Counted from the stretch's first letter, positions 1 through 10,353 are shown. The stretch: DNA of 64,000 nucleotides from Nitrosopumilus sp. (GCA_965218695.1 OZ244651.1:1312001-1376000), one strand, 5' to 3'. Notes: generated by a model not told the origin, from the sequence alone. Program-made: numbers and translations.

Positions 1-264
1 GATGCTCTTCTTCCGATTGGAATGGGCGTCTTTGTTCCGGCAAAGGTTTCATCTGACGTCAGAACCGTTCTGAATATTGGTGCCGGCATTACAATGGAAA
101 AGGATATGGATTCCACGGTAAACTACCTTGAAGCCCGTATCAAGGAGATGGAGGTCGCACTACAGGAGACTGTTGCCGCAAAACAGAACGTGGCCTCACA
201 ACTAGAGCAAGGAAAGGCGCAGATCAACCAACTAATGCAAGCACCCGTGCCTGGCTCTAAATAA
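1..264 (+). CDS. pfdA: Prefoldin alpha subunit (5' end lies upstream of window)
   Basis: PIGMGVFVPAK...VLNIGAGITMEK followed by a coiled coil; directly upstream of ftsY as usual in archaea. Confidence 0.9.
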   Translation, partial: DALLPIGMGVFVPAKVSSDVRTVLNIGAGITMEKDMDSTVNYLEARIKEMEVALQETVAAKQNVASQLEQGKAQINQLMQAPVPGSK

Positions 265-266
265 CC

Positions 267-1853
267 ATGTTTGATAAACTTCGCGGCGCCTTTTCCAACG
301 TAGCAAAGAATCTGAGTGAAAAGGAACTCAATGAAAAGGACATTGAAAAAGTCCTGTTTGATCTGGAGATAGCCCTTATGGAATCTGATGTGGCCATCGA
401 GGTAATTGACGCACTAAAACTGGATCTGAAGAAAAATCTGGTAGGCTCATCAATTGAGAAGAGCAGTATTGAAAAATTTGTCAAGGACAGTCTAATCTCC
501 AGCATATCTGAACTGTTTGATGCTGCCGGATATGTTGACCTCTTTGAACAAATCAATGAAAAAAAGAGACGGAATCAGCCGTTCCTGATTCTCTTTGTTG
601 GGATTAACGGAACTGGAAAGACCACCTCCCTGGCCAAAGTCGCGTACCTCTTGCGGCAGGCAAAATACTCAGTAGTTGTTGCAGCATCTGACACCTTCAG
701 GGCAGGCGCGATCGAGCAGCTGCGTGGACACATGAATCGCCTTAACATAAAACTCGTCGCACAGAATTACAATTCGGATCCTGCAGCTGTGGCAAGGGAC
801 GCAGTATTGTATGCCAAGTCACACAAGACTGACTGCGTACTGATTGATACCGCAGGAAGAATGCAGACAAACCAAAACCTGATGGAGCAGATTGCAAAAA
901 TTACCAAGGTCGTAAACCCCGACATGAAGATCTTTGTAGGTGATTCGCTAGCCGGCAACGATACTGTCAATCAGGCACGTGAATTCTTCGGTCACACAAA
1001 ATTCAACGGCTCAATTCTAACCAAGAGTGACGCAGATGCACGTGGTGGTGCCGCACTATCCATTGTAAAGGTCACTTCAACACCTGTAATGTACGTGGGC
1101 GTGGGTCAGGAGTATCCTGATCTAAAACCCTTTGACAAGAAAACTTTCCTAGAGACTGTTTTTGGCTCGATTGATGATGTCGTGATGGGTACTGCCGCAC
1201 ACTCAAAACCTGAACCGGAACCCACACCGGAACCAGAACCCCTTGAGCCAGCCGTCAAACTTGAGCCAGAACCCGCACCCACACCAGAACCCGCACCCAC
1301 ACCAGAACCCCTTGAGCCAGCCGTCAAACTTGAGCCAGAACCCGCACCCACACCAGAACCCCTTGAGCCAGCCGTCAAACTTGAGCCAGAACCCGCACCC
1401 ACACCAGAACCCCTTGAGCCAGCCGTCAAACTTGAGCCAGAACCCGCACCCACACCAGAACCCCTTGAGCCAGCCGTCAAACTTGAGCCAGAACCCGCAC
1501 CCACACCAGAACCCCTTGAGCCAGCCGTCAAGTCAGAACCAGTCAAGCCCGAACTAGCAGAACCAATCCAACAATCTGAACCTGCAGATCCATTTGCGGG
1601 AATTTCTGATGATGATATTGCATCCTACTCTGATCTGTTTGATGTGCCTCCGCCTGAAAACGACGGCGAGGCCATCATCTTGGCAGGACGTATTCGTGCA
1701 TGGATTAAAAATGGCAGATTAGATCCTGCAGAATCACAAATTGATGAAAAACATGACCAGATTCGGGACGAGACGCCGGATCCTGCCCAGAATGATGCCC
1801 AAAAGGAAAAATCTAAAAAGAAGCGAGGCATGTTTGGATTGTTTAAAAAATGA
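267..1853 (+). CDS. ftsY: SRP receptor FtsY with a long C-terminal Pro/Glu-rich extension
   Basis: GINGTGKTT, DTFRAGA, DTAGR and TKSD GTPase motifs. Confidence 0.97.
   Translation: MFDKLRGAFSNVAKNLSEKELNEKDIEKVLFDLEIALMESDVAIEVIDALKLDLKKNLVGSSIEKSSIEKFVKDSLISSISELFDAAGYVDLFEQINEKKRRNQPFLILFVGINGTGKTTSLAKVAYLLRQAKYSVVVAASDTFRAGAIEQLRGHMNRLNIKLVAQNYNSDPAAVARDAVLYAKSHKTDCVLIDTAGRMQTNQNLMEQIAKITKVVNPDMKIFVGDSLAGNDTVNQAREFFGHTKFNGSILTKSDADARGGAALSIVKVTSTPVMYVGVGQEYPDLKPFDKKTFLETVFGSIDDVVMGTAAHSKPEPEPTPEPEPLEPAVKLEPEPAPTPEPAPTPEPLEPAVKLEPEPAPTPEPLEPAVKLEPEPAPTPEPLEPAVKLEPEPAPTPEPLEPAVKLEPEPAPTPEPLEPAVKSEPVKPELAEPIQQSEPADPFAGISDDDIASYSDLFDVPPPENDGEAIILAGRIRAWIKNGRLDPAESQIDEKHDQIRDETPDPAQNDAQKEKSKKKRGMFGLFKK
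1205..1545 (+). repeat. In-frame 51-bp tandem repeat (EPLEPAVKLEPEPAPTP), 5 full units plus a partial unit and one extra 18-bp unit
   Basis: gccgtcaa recurs at about 1251, 1320, 1371, 1422, 1473 and 1524. Confidence 0.97.
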
Positions 1854-2773
1854 ATCTCAAAACAAAGGATCTGCTTACTCTGGCAGAACTGACCCCCAAG
1901 GAGCTCTCATCACTACTGGAACATTCCATCCGGATCAAAAAAGAACTGAAGGACGGCCGGCTCAAACCGGTCCTAAAGGGCAAGGTACTGGCCATGATCT
2001 TTCAAAAACCCTCTACCAGAACACGCATAAGCTTTGAAACGGGAATGTATCATCTGGGCGGGTATGCAATAAACCTCTCACCAGACGAGATGCAGCTGTC
2101 TCGCGGCGAATCCATCGAGGACACTGCCAGGACCATTTCACGATATGCCGACTGCATCATGGCACGCGTTTATGAGCACGAACAGATCAAAGCGCTGTCT
2201 GAGAATGCCGAGATTCCGGTCATCAACGGGCTGTCTGATTCTTTCCATCCGTGCCAGATTCTGGCTGACTTTATGACCATTATGGAGCGAAAGAAGAGGC
2301 TCAAGGGACTGAAGATTGCCTGGATTGGCGATGGCAGCAACGTCTGCAACTCTATGATTTACGGGGCAGCGCTGTCTGGAATCTCCATGTCCATTGCAAC
2401 CCCGCAGGGATTTGAGCCCAGCCCGTCGGTTGTGGCCGAATCTGCAAAATCCACTGATATCACACTTACCAGCGACCCATTTGTCGCAGTCCGGGATGCC
2501 GATGTCGTTGTAACCGATACGTGGTCATCCATCCACAACCATGATCCAAAACGAATCAAAAAATTCTTTCCCAAGTATCAGGTAGACTCCGGACTGATGG
2601 ATTCTGCAGAACCTGATGCAATCTTCATGCACTGTCTTCCTGCCAAGAGGGGGCAGGAGGTGACCCCTGAGGTAATTGATGGCCCGCAGTCGGTAGTCTG
2701 GGACGAGGCCGAGAACCGCCTTCATGCACAGAATGCCCTGCTCTGTTCCATGTTGTTGGAGGCAGAAAGTTGA
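1850..2773 (+). CDS. argF: Ornithine carbamoyltransferase
   Basis: STRTR, HPCQ and HCLP motifs. Confidence 0.97.
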   Translation: MNLKTKDLLTLAELTPKELSSLLEHSIRIKKELKDGRLKPVLKGKVLAMIFQKPSTRTRISFETGMYHLGGYAINLSPDEMQLSRGESIEDTARTISRYADCIMARVYEHEQIKALSENAEIPVINGLSDSFHPCQILADFMTIMERKKRLKGLKIAWIGDGSNVCNSMIYGAALSGISMSIATPQGFEPSPSVVAESAKSTDITLTSDPFVAVRDADVVVTDTWSSIHNHDPKRIKKFFPKYQVDSGLMDSAEPDAIFMHCLPAKRGQEVTPEVIDGPQSVVWDEAENRLHAQNALLCSMLLEAES

Positions 2774-2825
2774 AGGCGACCCATCCAACGGCATGCTTTC
2801 CACATGAAATCGACACCACTACCGA

Positions 2826-4072
2826 CAGCTAAGCGAAATGTGCTTTGATCTAGGCAAAATCTGACAAGAATGCAAGCAGATCAATAAGGGTACGGCCCTA
2901 TGGTTTTTGTTGTCTAGACAAAAAACCAAGCAGGGCCGCGATCTACTGAACAATCCAAGAATATATCAAGATGTCGCAAGCGGCATGAAAAACATGCTTG
3001 CCTGCGCCAACACGTCAAACAGGTACAATGCGGTATTTGGAACAGACGATCTAAATCACGGCATGCTGAGGGGAGCCACCATGGATTCGTCCGTAGGCGG
3101 GTGCGCAAACGCGGTAAAGCGCACGCACTGCGACGCTCCCTCCGACAGGTGGCATGCATCGGCAATCAAGGGGATGGAGCAGGGCACGGTTCAGCGCGCA
3201 TTCGAAGAAATGGTGGCAGTGCAACTTGACACATTCAAAAAACTGGGCAAATTCCCAAAAGAAGGACTGGACATCGCAATCGACATGCACCTCATACCGC
3301 GTTATGACCGGGCACCCGGAGGGGAGCTGACCCGTTCCAAATACAAAAACGGAACCACGTATTTTGAGCGTTACATGACAGTCCAGTGCGTAAACGACAA
3401 GATGCGCATGGTCCTTGCAGCATCATACCTCAAAAGGCTCGAATTCGTGCCTGATTACGTGGATGCAGTCCTCAAGACCATGGCAGGGATGGGCATCAGG
3501 ATCCGCCTGGCGCTGCTTGACCGGGAATTCTTCTCAGTCGACACGATAAGCAGGCTGCGGGCAAACGGCGTAAGGTACCTGATGCCGTGCAGGAACACGC
3601 CCAACGTGGTGGAAGCCCTGCAGGATTTTGCACAAGGAAAGAGGGAAAGGATCTCAACAAACGTGATTGAGAACAACCAGGGCTCCGTCGAATATTCCAT
3701 GATAATAACTGAAAGAAAAAACGCCAAAGACCCTGATGTCCCGGAAGAGAAATACATCGGGTTTGCAACAAACCACCCCACAATCAAGACGGAGGCTTAT
3801 GCCAAAAGATGGGGAATAGAGACCGGGTACGGTAAAATCGAGGAGTGCAGGGCCAAGACGCGGATTTCGGACATGGAATCGCGGATGTTGTGTTTTTACT
3901 ATTCCCTAACATTGTACAATGAATGGATAATCGTCAGGGCAATGCTTTCTGACGGTACCGAAAGGCAGAGTGTCATGACCATGCTCACGTTCAAGGTGCA
4001 GTTGGAATCACTCCTCATACGCCAGTCCAAACCGCCTACCTGATCTCAGATGAGGCACTTTTCGCTTAGCTG
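2826..4072 (+). mobile_element. ISH3-like (IS4-related DDE) insertion sequence, 1247 bp
   Basis: Terminal IRs cagctaagcgaaatgtgc (2826-2843) and gcacttttcgcttagctg (4055-4072) match 17/18; 5-bp TSD ACCGA at 2821-2825 and 4073-4077. Confidence 0.92.
2907..4043 (+). CDS. DDE transposase (ISH3-like); start uncertain
   Basis: IAIDMH, LLDREFFS and YAKRWGIETGY motifs. Confidence 0.9.
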   Translation: MLSRQKTKQGRDLLNNPRIYQDVASGMKNMLACANTSNRYNAVFGTDDLNHGMLRGATMDSSVGGCANAVKRTHCDAPSDRWHASAIKGMEQGTVQRAFEEMVAVQLDTFKKLGKFPKEGLDIAIDMHLIPRYDRAPGGELTRSKYKNGTTYFERYMTVQCVNDKMRMVLAASYLKRLEFVPDYVDAVLKTMAGMGIRIRLALLDREFFSVDTISRLRANGVRYLMPCRNTPNVVEALQDFAQGKRERISTNVIENNQGSVEYSMIITERKNAKDPDVPEEKYIGFATNHPTIKTEAYAKRWGIETGYGKIEECRAKTRISDMESRMLCFYYSLTLYNEWIIVRAMLSDGTERQSVMTMLTFKVQLESLLIRQSKPPT

Positions 4073-4120
4073 ACCGACGCTTAACGTATATAAGAGCTGG
4101 TTCAAACTCGATTCCTATAG

Positions 4121-4603
4121 ATGACCTATTCAAAAGTACTGAGAAGACTCAGGAATCAAAAAACCAACTATAAAAAGCGTGGCACCATGCTCATGGGCAA
4201 GCGCGATTTCATCACCGTAAACATTACCAATCAAAACACCCAGGTTCAGATTCTCAAGCCGGGAATCGCCGGCGACGTGGTTATTGCATCTGCACACTCT
4301 AGATCACTGCTGGAGAGGGGTTGGAAGGGCTCTAGAAAGAACATACCTGCAGCATACCTGACAGGCTACCTTGCAGGCAAGAAGGCGCTACTCCTGGGTG
4401 CAAAGGATGCCATTCTTTACACTGGAACCAGAAGATATACCCAGAGAATGGCCGCAGCCCTAAAGGGAGTAATTGATGCAGGCCTTGAGGTGCCTGCTGA
4501 TGCAGAGACATTCCCGCCGACGGAGAGAATCAACGGGGATCACCTGACTGTAAAGAACGAGGTTTTACAGGTTAAATCTACCATCGACGGTGGGGCTGGA
4601 TAG
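4121..4603 (+). CDS. rpl18: 50S ribosomal protein L18 (uL18)
   Basis: RRLRNQKTNYKKR and NIPAAYLTGY; operon context. Confidence 0.96.
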   Translation: MTYSKVLRRLRNQKTNYKKRGTMLMGKRDFITVNITNQNTQVQILKPGIAGDVVIASAHSRSLLERGWKGSRKNIPAAYLTGYLAGKKALLLGAKDAILYTGTRRYTQRMAAALKGVIDAGLEVPADAETFPPTERINGDHLTVKNEVLQVKSTIDGGAG

Positions 4604-5260
4604 TTGAGTCAAAGATCCCAGTACCGAGGGGGCGGAAATCGTCCCAAAAGACCCAGAAGGGAGCCTGAGGAAGAGGTCTGGCTGCCCAAGACGATACTTG
4701 GTCACAAGGTTGCATCCGGTGAGATCACATCCCTTGAGGAGATAATTGAGACGGGCCTGCGAATCCAAGAGGCCGGAATAATCAAAAAACTGCTTCCCGA
4801 TCTGAAGAGCGAGGTGATTGACGTGGGGATTATCCAAAAGATGACTGCAAACGGCCAGTCCACCAGATTCAAGGCGATCGTTGCAACGGGAAACGAGGCA
4901 GGATATCTGGGAATCGGCCAAGGAAAATCCAAACAGATGAGAATTGCAATAGAAAAGGCTACCAGCCAGGCGTTTCTGAATGTGAGCCCAATCAAGATCG
5001 GGTGCGGCAGCTGGGAGTGCAGGTGTGATCAAAAGCATTCGGTTCCGTTCAAGGTCAAAGGGAAGGGCGGAAGCGTCACAATCGAGATAATTCCTGCTCC
5101 CAGAGGGCTGGGGCTTGTAGCAGGGGGCAAGATAAAGCGATTATTGGAATTGGCAGGACTAAAGGATGCGTGGACCACTGCAAAGGGCTCCACGCCCACC
5201 ATGAACTCGACATCAAAGGCTATACTGAACTGCCTCAGGCAGACGTTCAGTCAAGGTTGA
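4604..5260 (+). CDS. rps5: 30S ribosomal protein S5 (uS5), TTG start
   Basis: WLPKTILG, GCGSWEC, PAPRGLGL. Confidence 0.97.
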   Translation: MSQRSQYRGGGNRPKRPRREPEEEVWLPKTILGHKVASGEITSLEEIIETGLRIQEAGIIKKLLPDLKSEVIDVGIIQKMTANGQSTRFKAIVATGNEAGYLGIGQGKSKQMRIAIEKATSQAFLNVSPIKIGCGSWECRCDQKHSVPFKVKGKGGSVTIEIIPAPRGLGLVAGGKIKRLLELAGLKDAWTTAKGSTPTMNSTSKAILNCLRQTFSQG

Positions 5261-5733
5261 TGGGAATGGCCAAGGCATACCTCGTTGTTAGAATAAAGGG
5301 TCAGGCAGACGTTCCGTATTGGGCAGTCCGCACCATGACCCTGCTCAAGCTCGATAAGAAATACCGTGCCACCATACTGCCTGCCAAGGAGAACACGCTG
5401 GGCATGCTAGACAAGATAAAGCACTATGTCTCATGGTTTGATGCCGATACCGCACTGGCAAAGGAACTCATCGACAAGAAGGCAAGAAAGTCAGGCTACC
5501 AAAAGGTCACTTTAGAGGATCTGAAGCATCTTGGCTTTGCAAGTTCTGACGATCTGGCATCTGCCCTGAGCGAAGGAAAGGCAACCCTGTCCAAGCTCAA
5601 GCCGCTCAAGCCGTGGTTTGCCCTGGCACCCCCAAGGTACGGATTCAAAAGAAGCACCAAAAAGCTGTACGGGCAAAAGGGCATACTGGGACAGAACAAG
5701 GAACTGGGCACACTCGTTAGGAATATGATCTGA
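5260..5733 (+). CDS. rpl30: 50S ribosomal protein L30 (uL30)
   Basis: YLVVRIKGQ, LKPWFALAPPRYGF; ATG overlaps the rps5 stop. Confidence 0.95.
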   Translation: MGMAKAYLVVRIKGQADVPYWAVRTMTLLKLDKKYRATILPAKENTLGMLDKIKHYVSWFDADTALAKELIDKKARKSGYQKVTLEDLKHLGFASSDDLASALSEGKATLSKLKPLKPWFALAPPRYGFKRSTKKLYGQKGILGQNKELGTLVRNMI

Positions 5734-5734
5734 C

Positions 5735-6160
5735 ATGGCAACAAGACTGAGAAAGACCAGAAGGCTCCGGGGAGGCAGGCACATGGGATGGGGACAAGTC
5801 GGCCAGCACCGTGCAAGCGGACATCAGGGCGGTCTGGGAGTTACCGGCATGATGAAGCACCATTACAGTACCATGTTGAAGGATGACCCTGATCATTACG
5901 GCCATGATTCCACTAAACCACCCCACCCAAACATCACCCGAAGATGGGCCAGCATTCGTGACCTAGACGACCTGTTTGCAGGGTTCGGGACCGAGGAAGG
6001 AGGCAAAAAGACAATAGACCTTCAAGGCGCAGGATACGACAAGCTCCTTGGCGGCGGAAGCCTGTCCAGCCCCTACTCTGTCAGGGTGCGGCAGTATACA
6101 AAATCCGCACAAGAAAAACTAGAGGCAGCTGGTGGAGAGGTGTTGCCCTGCGATGGCTGA
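5735..6160 (+). CDS. rpl15: 50S ribosomal protein L15 (uL15)
   Basis: RKTRRLRG, HRASGHQGG, KLLGGG. Confidence 0.96.
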   Translation: MATRLRKTRRLRGGRHMGWGQVGQHRASGHQGGLGVTGMMKHHYSTMLKDDPDHYGHDSTKPPHPNITRRWASIRDLDDLFAGFGTEEGGKKTIDLQGAGYDKLLGGGSLSSPYSVRVRQYTKSAQEKLEAAGGEVLPCDG

Positions 6161-7583
6161 AGGCAACCTAACTACCATCATACGAAGGATCGTCTTCAAG
6201 GCCGAACCATACCTCCCGCAGGTCCCAAAACCAAAAAAGAAGCTCTCTCTCCAAATACGCCTCCTCTGGTGCGGAATGGCCCTGCTCATCTATATGGTGA
6301 TGGGACAGACCCCTCTGTTTGGCGCAACCACGCCAGAATTTGATTTTCTACAGTTTGCGCGTGTAATCTTTGCATCCCAGCAGGGCACACTAGTGGAGTT
6401 GGGAATAGGGCCGATCGTGACTGCCGGGTTGCTGATGCAGCTGCTCAGGGGATCTGAGATCCTCAAGTTTGACTTTAAAAAGCCCGAGGAGCGAGGCATA
6501 TTCCAGACAGCGACCAAGCTGGTAACCTACATCATAATCGTCGTAGAGTCAATCGTGTACGGAATCGCAGTGTATGGTCCGGGAATCACGGAACCGTCCG
6601 TATTGTATATTATGGTCGGGCAGCTGATGGCAGCGTCGATCATAATCATGTTCCTCGACGAACTGATTCAGAAGGGATGGGGCCTGGGAAGCGGGATCAG
6701 CCTGTTCATCATGGCAGGTGTGGCCCAGCAGATCCTCTGGAGCCTGTTCAGCCCGTTGCCTGCCGGCGACGGCGGAATGATCGGCGTGTTCCCGTTTATC
6801 GGCCAGTCGATAATGGCCGAAGACTTCTCAAACGTACTGTTCCGTTCAAACCAGCTGCCGAGCATCTTCGGGCTGTGCCTTACCGCCGGAATCCTGCTGA
6901 TACTCGTCTTTACGCAGGGCATGAAGATTGAGATCCCGATCGTGTCGACAAAGTACAGGGGGTTCTCTGCGGTATACCCGATCAAGCTGATGTACGTCTC
7001 CAACATTCCTGTGATTCTGGCCTCCGCCCTTACGGCAAACGCCGTATTCGTATTCCAGATGTTGTGGGCCAACACGAACCCGCGGAACAACAACTTTTTT
7101 ATGAATTTCATAGCGCAGTTTGACCCGACAAGCCCGTCCACCCCGATAGGCGGCCTCATATACTTTATCACGCCGCCCAGGGGCCTGGAGGCGGCCGCCC
7201 TGGATCCTACGAGGGCAGTAGGATACGTCATATTTATGATTGGGATCGTGGTGGTGTTTGGAAAGCTCTGGGTGGAGCTTGGAGGCCTCTCCCCGAAGAG
7301 CGCAGCCCAGAACCTTCTTGATGCAGATGTGCAGATTCCGGGATTTCGAAGATCAAACAAGCCTGTTGAGGCGCTGCTAAACAAGTACATCCCGTCTGTC
7401 ACCCTCATTGGTTCGATGATACTGGGCCTGCTGGCCGGGGTCTCTGATGTTCTTGGGGTGTTTGGATCCGGAATCGGAATCCTGCTCATGGTTGACATTC
7501 TAATTAACTACTATACGCAACTGGTAAGGGAACAAGTCGAAGTCGTCATGCCGCGTCTGGGTGCTCTGCTTGGCAGGAAATAA
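6153..7583 (+). CDS. secY: Preprotein translocase SecY
   Basis: ELGIGPIVTA, GSGISLFI, YPIKLMYVSNIP, IPGFR; multiple TM segments. Confidence 0.98.
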   Translation: MAEGNLTTIIRRIVFKAEPYLPQVPKPKKKLSLQIRLLWCGMALLIYMVMGQTPLFGATTPEFDFLQFARVIFASQQGTLVELGIGPIVTAGLLMQLLRGSEILKFDFKKPEERGIFQTATKLVTYIIIVVESIVYGIAVYGPGITEPSVLYIMVGQLMAASIIIMFLDELIQKGWGLGSGISLFIMAGVAQQILWSLFSPLPAGDGGMIGVFPFIGQSIMAEDFSNVLFRSNQLPSIFGLCLTAGILLILVFTQGMKIEIPIVSTKYRGFSAVYPIKLMYVSNIPVILASALTANAVFVFQMLWANTNPRNNNFFMNFIAQFDPTSPSTPIGGLIYFITPPRGLEAAALDPTRAVGYVIFMIGIVVVFGKLWVELGGLSPKSAAQNLLDADVQIPGFRRSNKPVEALLNKYIPSVTLIGSMILGLLAGVSDVLGVFGSGIGILLMVDILINYYTQLVREQVEVVMPRLGALLGRK

Positions 7584-8145
7584 ACGGATAATAATTGCCG
7601 GGATTCCCGGGGTGGGAAAGACCACGCTGCTGGCCAAGATGAACCAGCGCCTAAAGGCCAACAACCCTGATTGTATCGTGGTAAGCTTTGGAACACTGAT
7701 GCTGGAGGTGGGACAGGATAACGGCGTGCGCAACCGGGATCAGCTCAGAAAGCTTCCCATATCCGAGCAGAGGCGCCTTCAGACCATTGCCGCCGAACGG
7801 ATTGCAGCCTGTGAGGGCATGGTGCTTATCGACACCCATGCGTTTATCAGCTCGCCGGAAGGCTACTATCCCGGGCTGCCTGCACAGGTCCTGAGAATCA
7901 TCCGTCCCACCAACTTTATCTCGGTCGCTGCGCGTCCAGAGGAGATCTACAGCAGGCGGATGAGGGATACCTCGCGACACAGGGATCGCATTACCATTGC
8001 GTCAGTCAAGGGGGATCTGGATGTCCAGTCTGGAATGATCTCTGCATGTTCTGTAATCACCGGCTCCCCGGTAATGCACGTATTGAACACGGAGGGAAAG
8101 GTTGATGAAGTAGCAGATAAAATAATCAACATGATGGGGCTGTAG
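7570..8145 (+). CDS. adkA: Archaeal adenylate kinase (start TTG 7570 or GTG 7561)
   Basis: GIPGVGKTT, DTHA, GYYPGLP. Confidence 0.94.
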   Translation: MAGNKRIIIAGIPGVGKTTLLAKMNQRLKANNPDCIVVSFGTLMLEVGQDNGVRNRDQLRKLPISEQRRLQTIAAERIAACEGMVLIDTHAFISSPEGYYPGLPAQVLRIIRPTNFISVAARPEEIYSRRMRDTSRHRDRITIASVKGDLDVQSGMISACSVITGSPVMHVLNTEGKVDEVADKIINMMGL

Positions 8146-8147
8146 AA

Positions 8148-8771
8148 ATGGATCTAGGTTTTGTGTTTCTCTTTGTTGATTCTGTATTTCTCCAGTTTGA
8201 ATTCTTTACCGACCAGCGGGGGGCGCTGGGAAGCGACGATCCGATAGTCAAGGGCCTGATTGTCTCGATGTTTGCCGTATCGGGATTTGGAATACTGCTC
8301 AACATATTCAACTCTGCAGTCCGAAAAAAGATGGTTGATCAAACGAAGCTGAAGCGGATTATGAAAGAGACCCGCTCATGGCAGAAGGAGAGAATGACCG
8401 CAATGCGCTCAAAGGATCAGACCAGGATAAACGAGCTGAGCAAAAAGTCATCCTACATGAACAAGATGTCCATGGAGATGATGCAGATGAACATGAGGCC
8501 GATGATGATTACATTTGTTCCCCTGATTCTGATATTCTATTTTGTCCTGCCGCAGCTCTTCTCGTATACCGTTGCAATATCTCCAATACCGCTCAACGTG
8601 ATTCCAGGCGACTGGCTGCAGCTTACGTGTACTGCCGAACAGGCAGCAGACCCGGAGCATGTCTGTACTACGGAGAACGCGCTCTTTTTGTGGGCGTGGT
8701 ACTTTCTTTCATCCATTGCGTTTAGTGGAATTATCATGAAACTGACCAGAACATCCATGGATCTTAGTTGA
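8148..8771 (+). CDS. DUF106 / EMC3-TMCO1 (Oxa1 superfamily) membrane protein
   Basis: TM, coiled coil, MRPMMITFVP and a WAWYF motif; conserved position after adk. Confidence 0.88.
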   Translation: MDLGFVFLFVDSVFLQFEFFTDQRGALGSDDPIVKGLIVSMFAVSGFGILLNIFNSAVRKKMVDQTKLKRIMKETRSWQKERMTAMRSKDQTRINELSKKSSYMNKMSMEMMQMNMRPMMITFVPLILIFYFVLPQLFSYTVAISPIPLNVIPGDWLQLTCTAEQAADPEHVCTTENALFLWAWYFLSSIAFSGIIMKLTRTSMDLS

Positions 8772-9328
8772 CAAAATCCATCGTAATCTCCGGACCCCCG
8801 GCAGTGGGCAAGACTACTGTCGGTAGGGGCCTTGCGACGGAGTTTGGAATGATGTACCTCAGCGGCGGAGACGTCCTAAAGGAGATGGCCAGGACACAGG
8901 GGTTTGAACCTGACGGTGATGACTGGTGGGACACGCAGCAGGGAATGCAGTTTCTAAACCAGCGCGAGAACGATTCCACGTTTGACAGGAAGCTGGACCA
9001 GAAACTGATGGGCCTGTTCAATGAGGGGAGCAGGGTGATCACGAGCTACACGCTGCCGTGGCTGGTCGACAATGGCATAAAGATATGGCTTGACGGCTCC
9101 CATGCAAGCAGCACCAAGAGGATGCAGTCCCGGGACAACATGAGCCCCGTCGAGGCATCCGCAGTCACAAAGAACCGCTTTGACAAGAACAGGGCGCTGT
9201 ACAAGAACCTGTACAAGTTTGAGTTTGGATATGACGAGTCCGTCTTTGATTTGAAGATCGACACTGACCATCTTACTGCGCAGCAGGTAATTGACATTGC
9301 AATGGATACGGTGAAGAGACTGCTATGA
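8768..9328 (+). CDS. cmk: Cytidylate kinase
   Basis: ISGPPAVGKTT P-loop; operon context. Confidence 0.92.
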   Translation: MTKSIVISGPPAVGKTTVGRGLATEFGMMYLSGGDVLKEMARTQGFEPDGDDWWDTQQGMQFLNQRENDSTFDRKLDQKLMGLFNEGSRVITSYTLPWLVDNGIKIWLDGSHASSTKRMQSRDNMSPVEASAVTKNRFDKNRALYKNLYKFEFGYDESVFDLKIDTDHLTAQQVIDIAMDTVKRLL

Positions 9329-10329
9329 CGATACTCAGGCAGCTTGAGAACCTGGTTGAAATTGATCAGGACATCACAGACGACGCGTATGGCACATACT
9401 ACGACAAGAGGACAGTCGAGCAGCTGCTCAACTATGGAATAATACTGCTGGACAAGCCGCCTGGCCCTACAAGCCATGAGACTGTGGCATGGACAAAGAG
9501 GATACTGGATCTGCCCAAGATTGGCCACAGCGGAACGCTTGATCCGCAGGTGTCCGGGGTCCTGCCGCTCGGACTGGGGGAGGCCACAAAGGCGCTCGGA
9601 GTACTGTTGCTTGGCCCAAAAGAGTACCATGCGCTGGGCCGGGTCCACTCCCTGCCGTCGCCTGAAAAGCTTGCGCAGGTGATCGGGATGTTCAGGGGAC
9701 CAATCTTCCAAAAGCCCCCGCAGCGCTCTGCCGTACTCAGGCAGACCCGGATCAGGCACATCTACGAATTTGAGGTGCTTGAGCAGAAGGAGAGGCTGCT
9801 GCTGACCCGCATCCTGTGCGAGGCGGGCACCTACATAAGAAAACTGTACTATGATGTGGGCGAGGCACTGGGGCCCGGCTCGACCATGGTGGAGCTGAGA
9901 CGGACCAGGGTGGGCCAGTTCCGGGAGACTGACGGTTTGGTGACCATGCACGAGCTGGCAGATGCGTTTGCCACGTGGAATGATACCGGGGATGGCAGCA
10001 AGCTGATCGGGATGATAAAACCCGCGGAGGCTGCGCTCAGCGAGATAAAGTCGGTAGTTATTCGTGACTCGGCAGTTGATGCGATGTGCCACGGCGCGCA
10101 GCTGGCGGTGCCTGGAATCCTGCAGGTCTCCCGGGGGCTGGGACGGGGGGATCTGGTTGGCGTGTATACCCAAAAGGGGGAGGCAGTTGCACTGGCAGAG
10201 TCGACGATGTCTGCCGAGGAGATCGACGAGGCTGCAAAGGGGCACGCCTTTGAGACAAAACGAATCATAATGGCCCCCAGCACGTATCCCAAGAAATGGC
10301 GTACAAAGCCTGTCGTGCCAAAGGGTTAA
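9325..10329 (+). CDS. cbf5: H/ACA pseudouridine synthase Cbf5
   Basis: DKPPGPTSH, GHSGTLDP, GTYIR and a C-terminal PUA domain. Confidence 0.96.
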   Translation: MTILRQLENLVEIDQDITDDAYGTYYDKRTVEQLLNYGIILLDKPPGPTSHETVAWTKRILDLPKIGHSGTLDPQVSGVLPLGLGEATKALGVLLLGPKEYHALGRVHSLPSPEKLAQVIGMFRGPIFQKPPQRSAVLRQTRIRHIYEFEVLEQKERLLLTRILCEAGTYIRKLYYDVGEALGPGSTMVELRRTRVGQFRETDGLVTMHELADAFATWNDTGDGSKLIGMIKPAEAALSEIKSVVIRDSAVDAMCHGAQLAVPGILQVSRGLGRGDLVGVYTQKGEAVALAESTMSAEEIDEAAKGHAFETKRIIMAPSTYPKKWRTKPVVPKG

Positions 10330-10353
10330 AACAGATACGGCGCACCGTAACCG

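Noticed and set aside
1205-1545. Possible CRISPR array
   Set aside because: Units are contiguous with no unique spacers, lie in frame within ftsY, and no cas genes are present
8148-9328. Absence of L34e/L14e around cmk, and of the proteasome alpha gene before SBDS
   Set aside because: Consistent with known thaumarchaeal gene content and order rather than a special loss
9046-10245. 399-aa antisense ORF
   Set aside because: Shadow of cmk/cbf5 on the opposite strand, with no recognisable motifs
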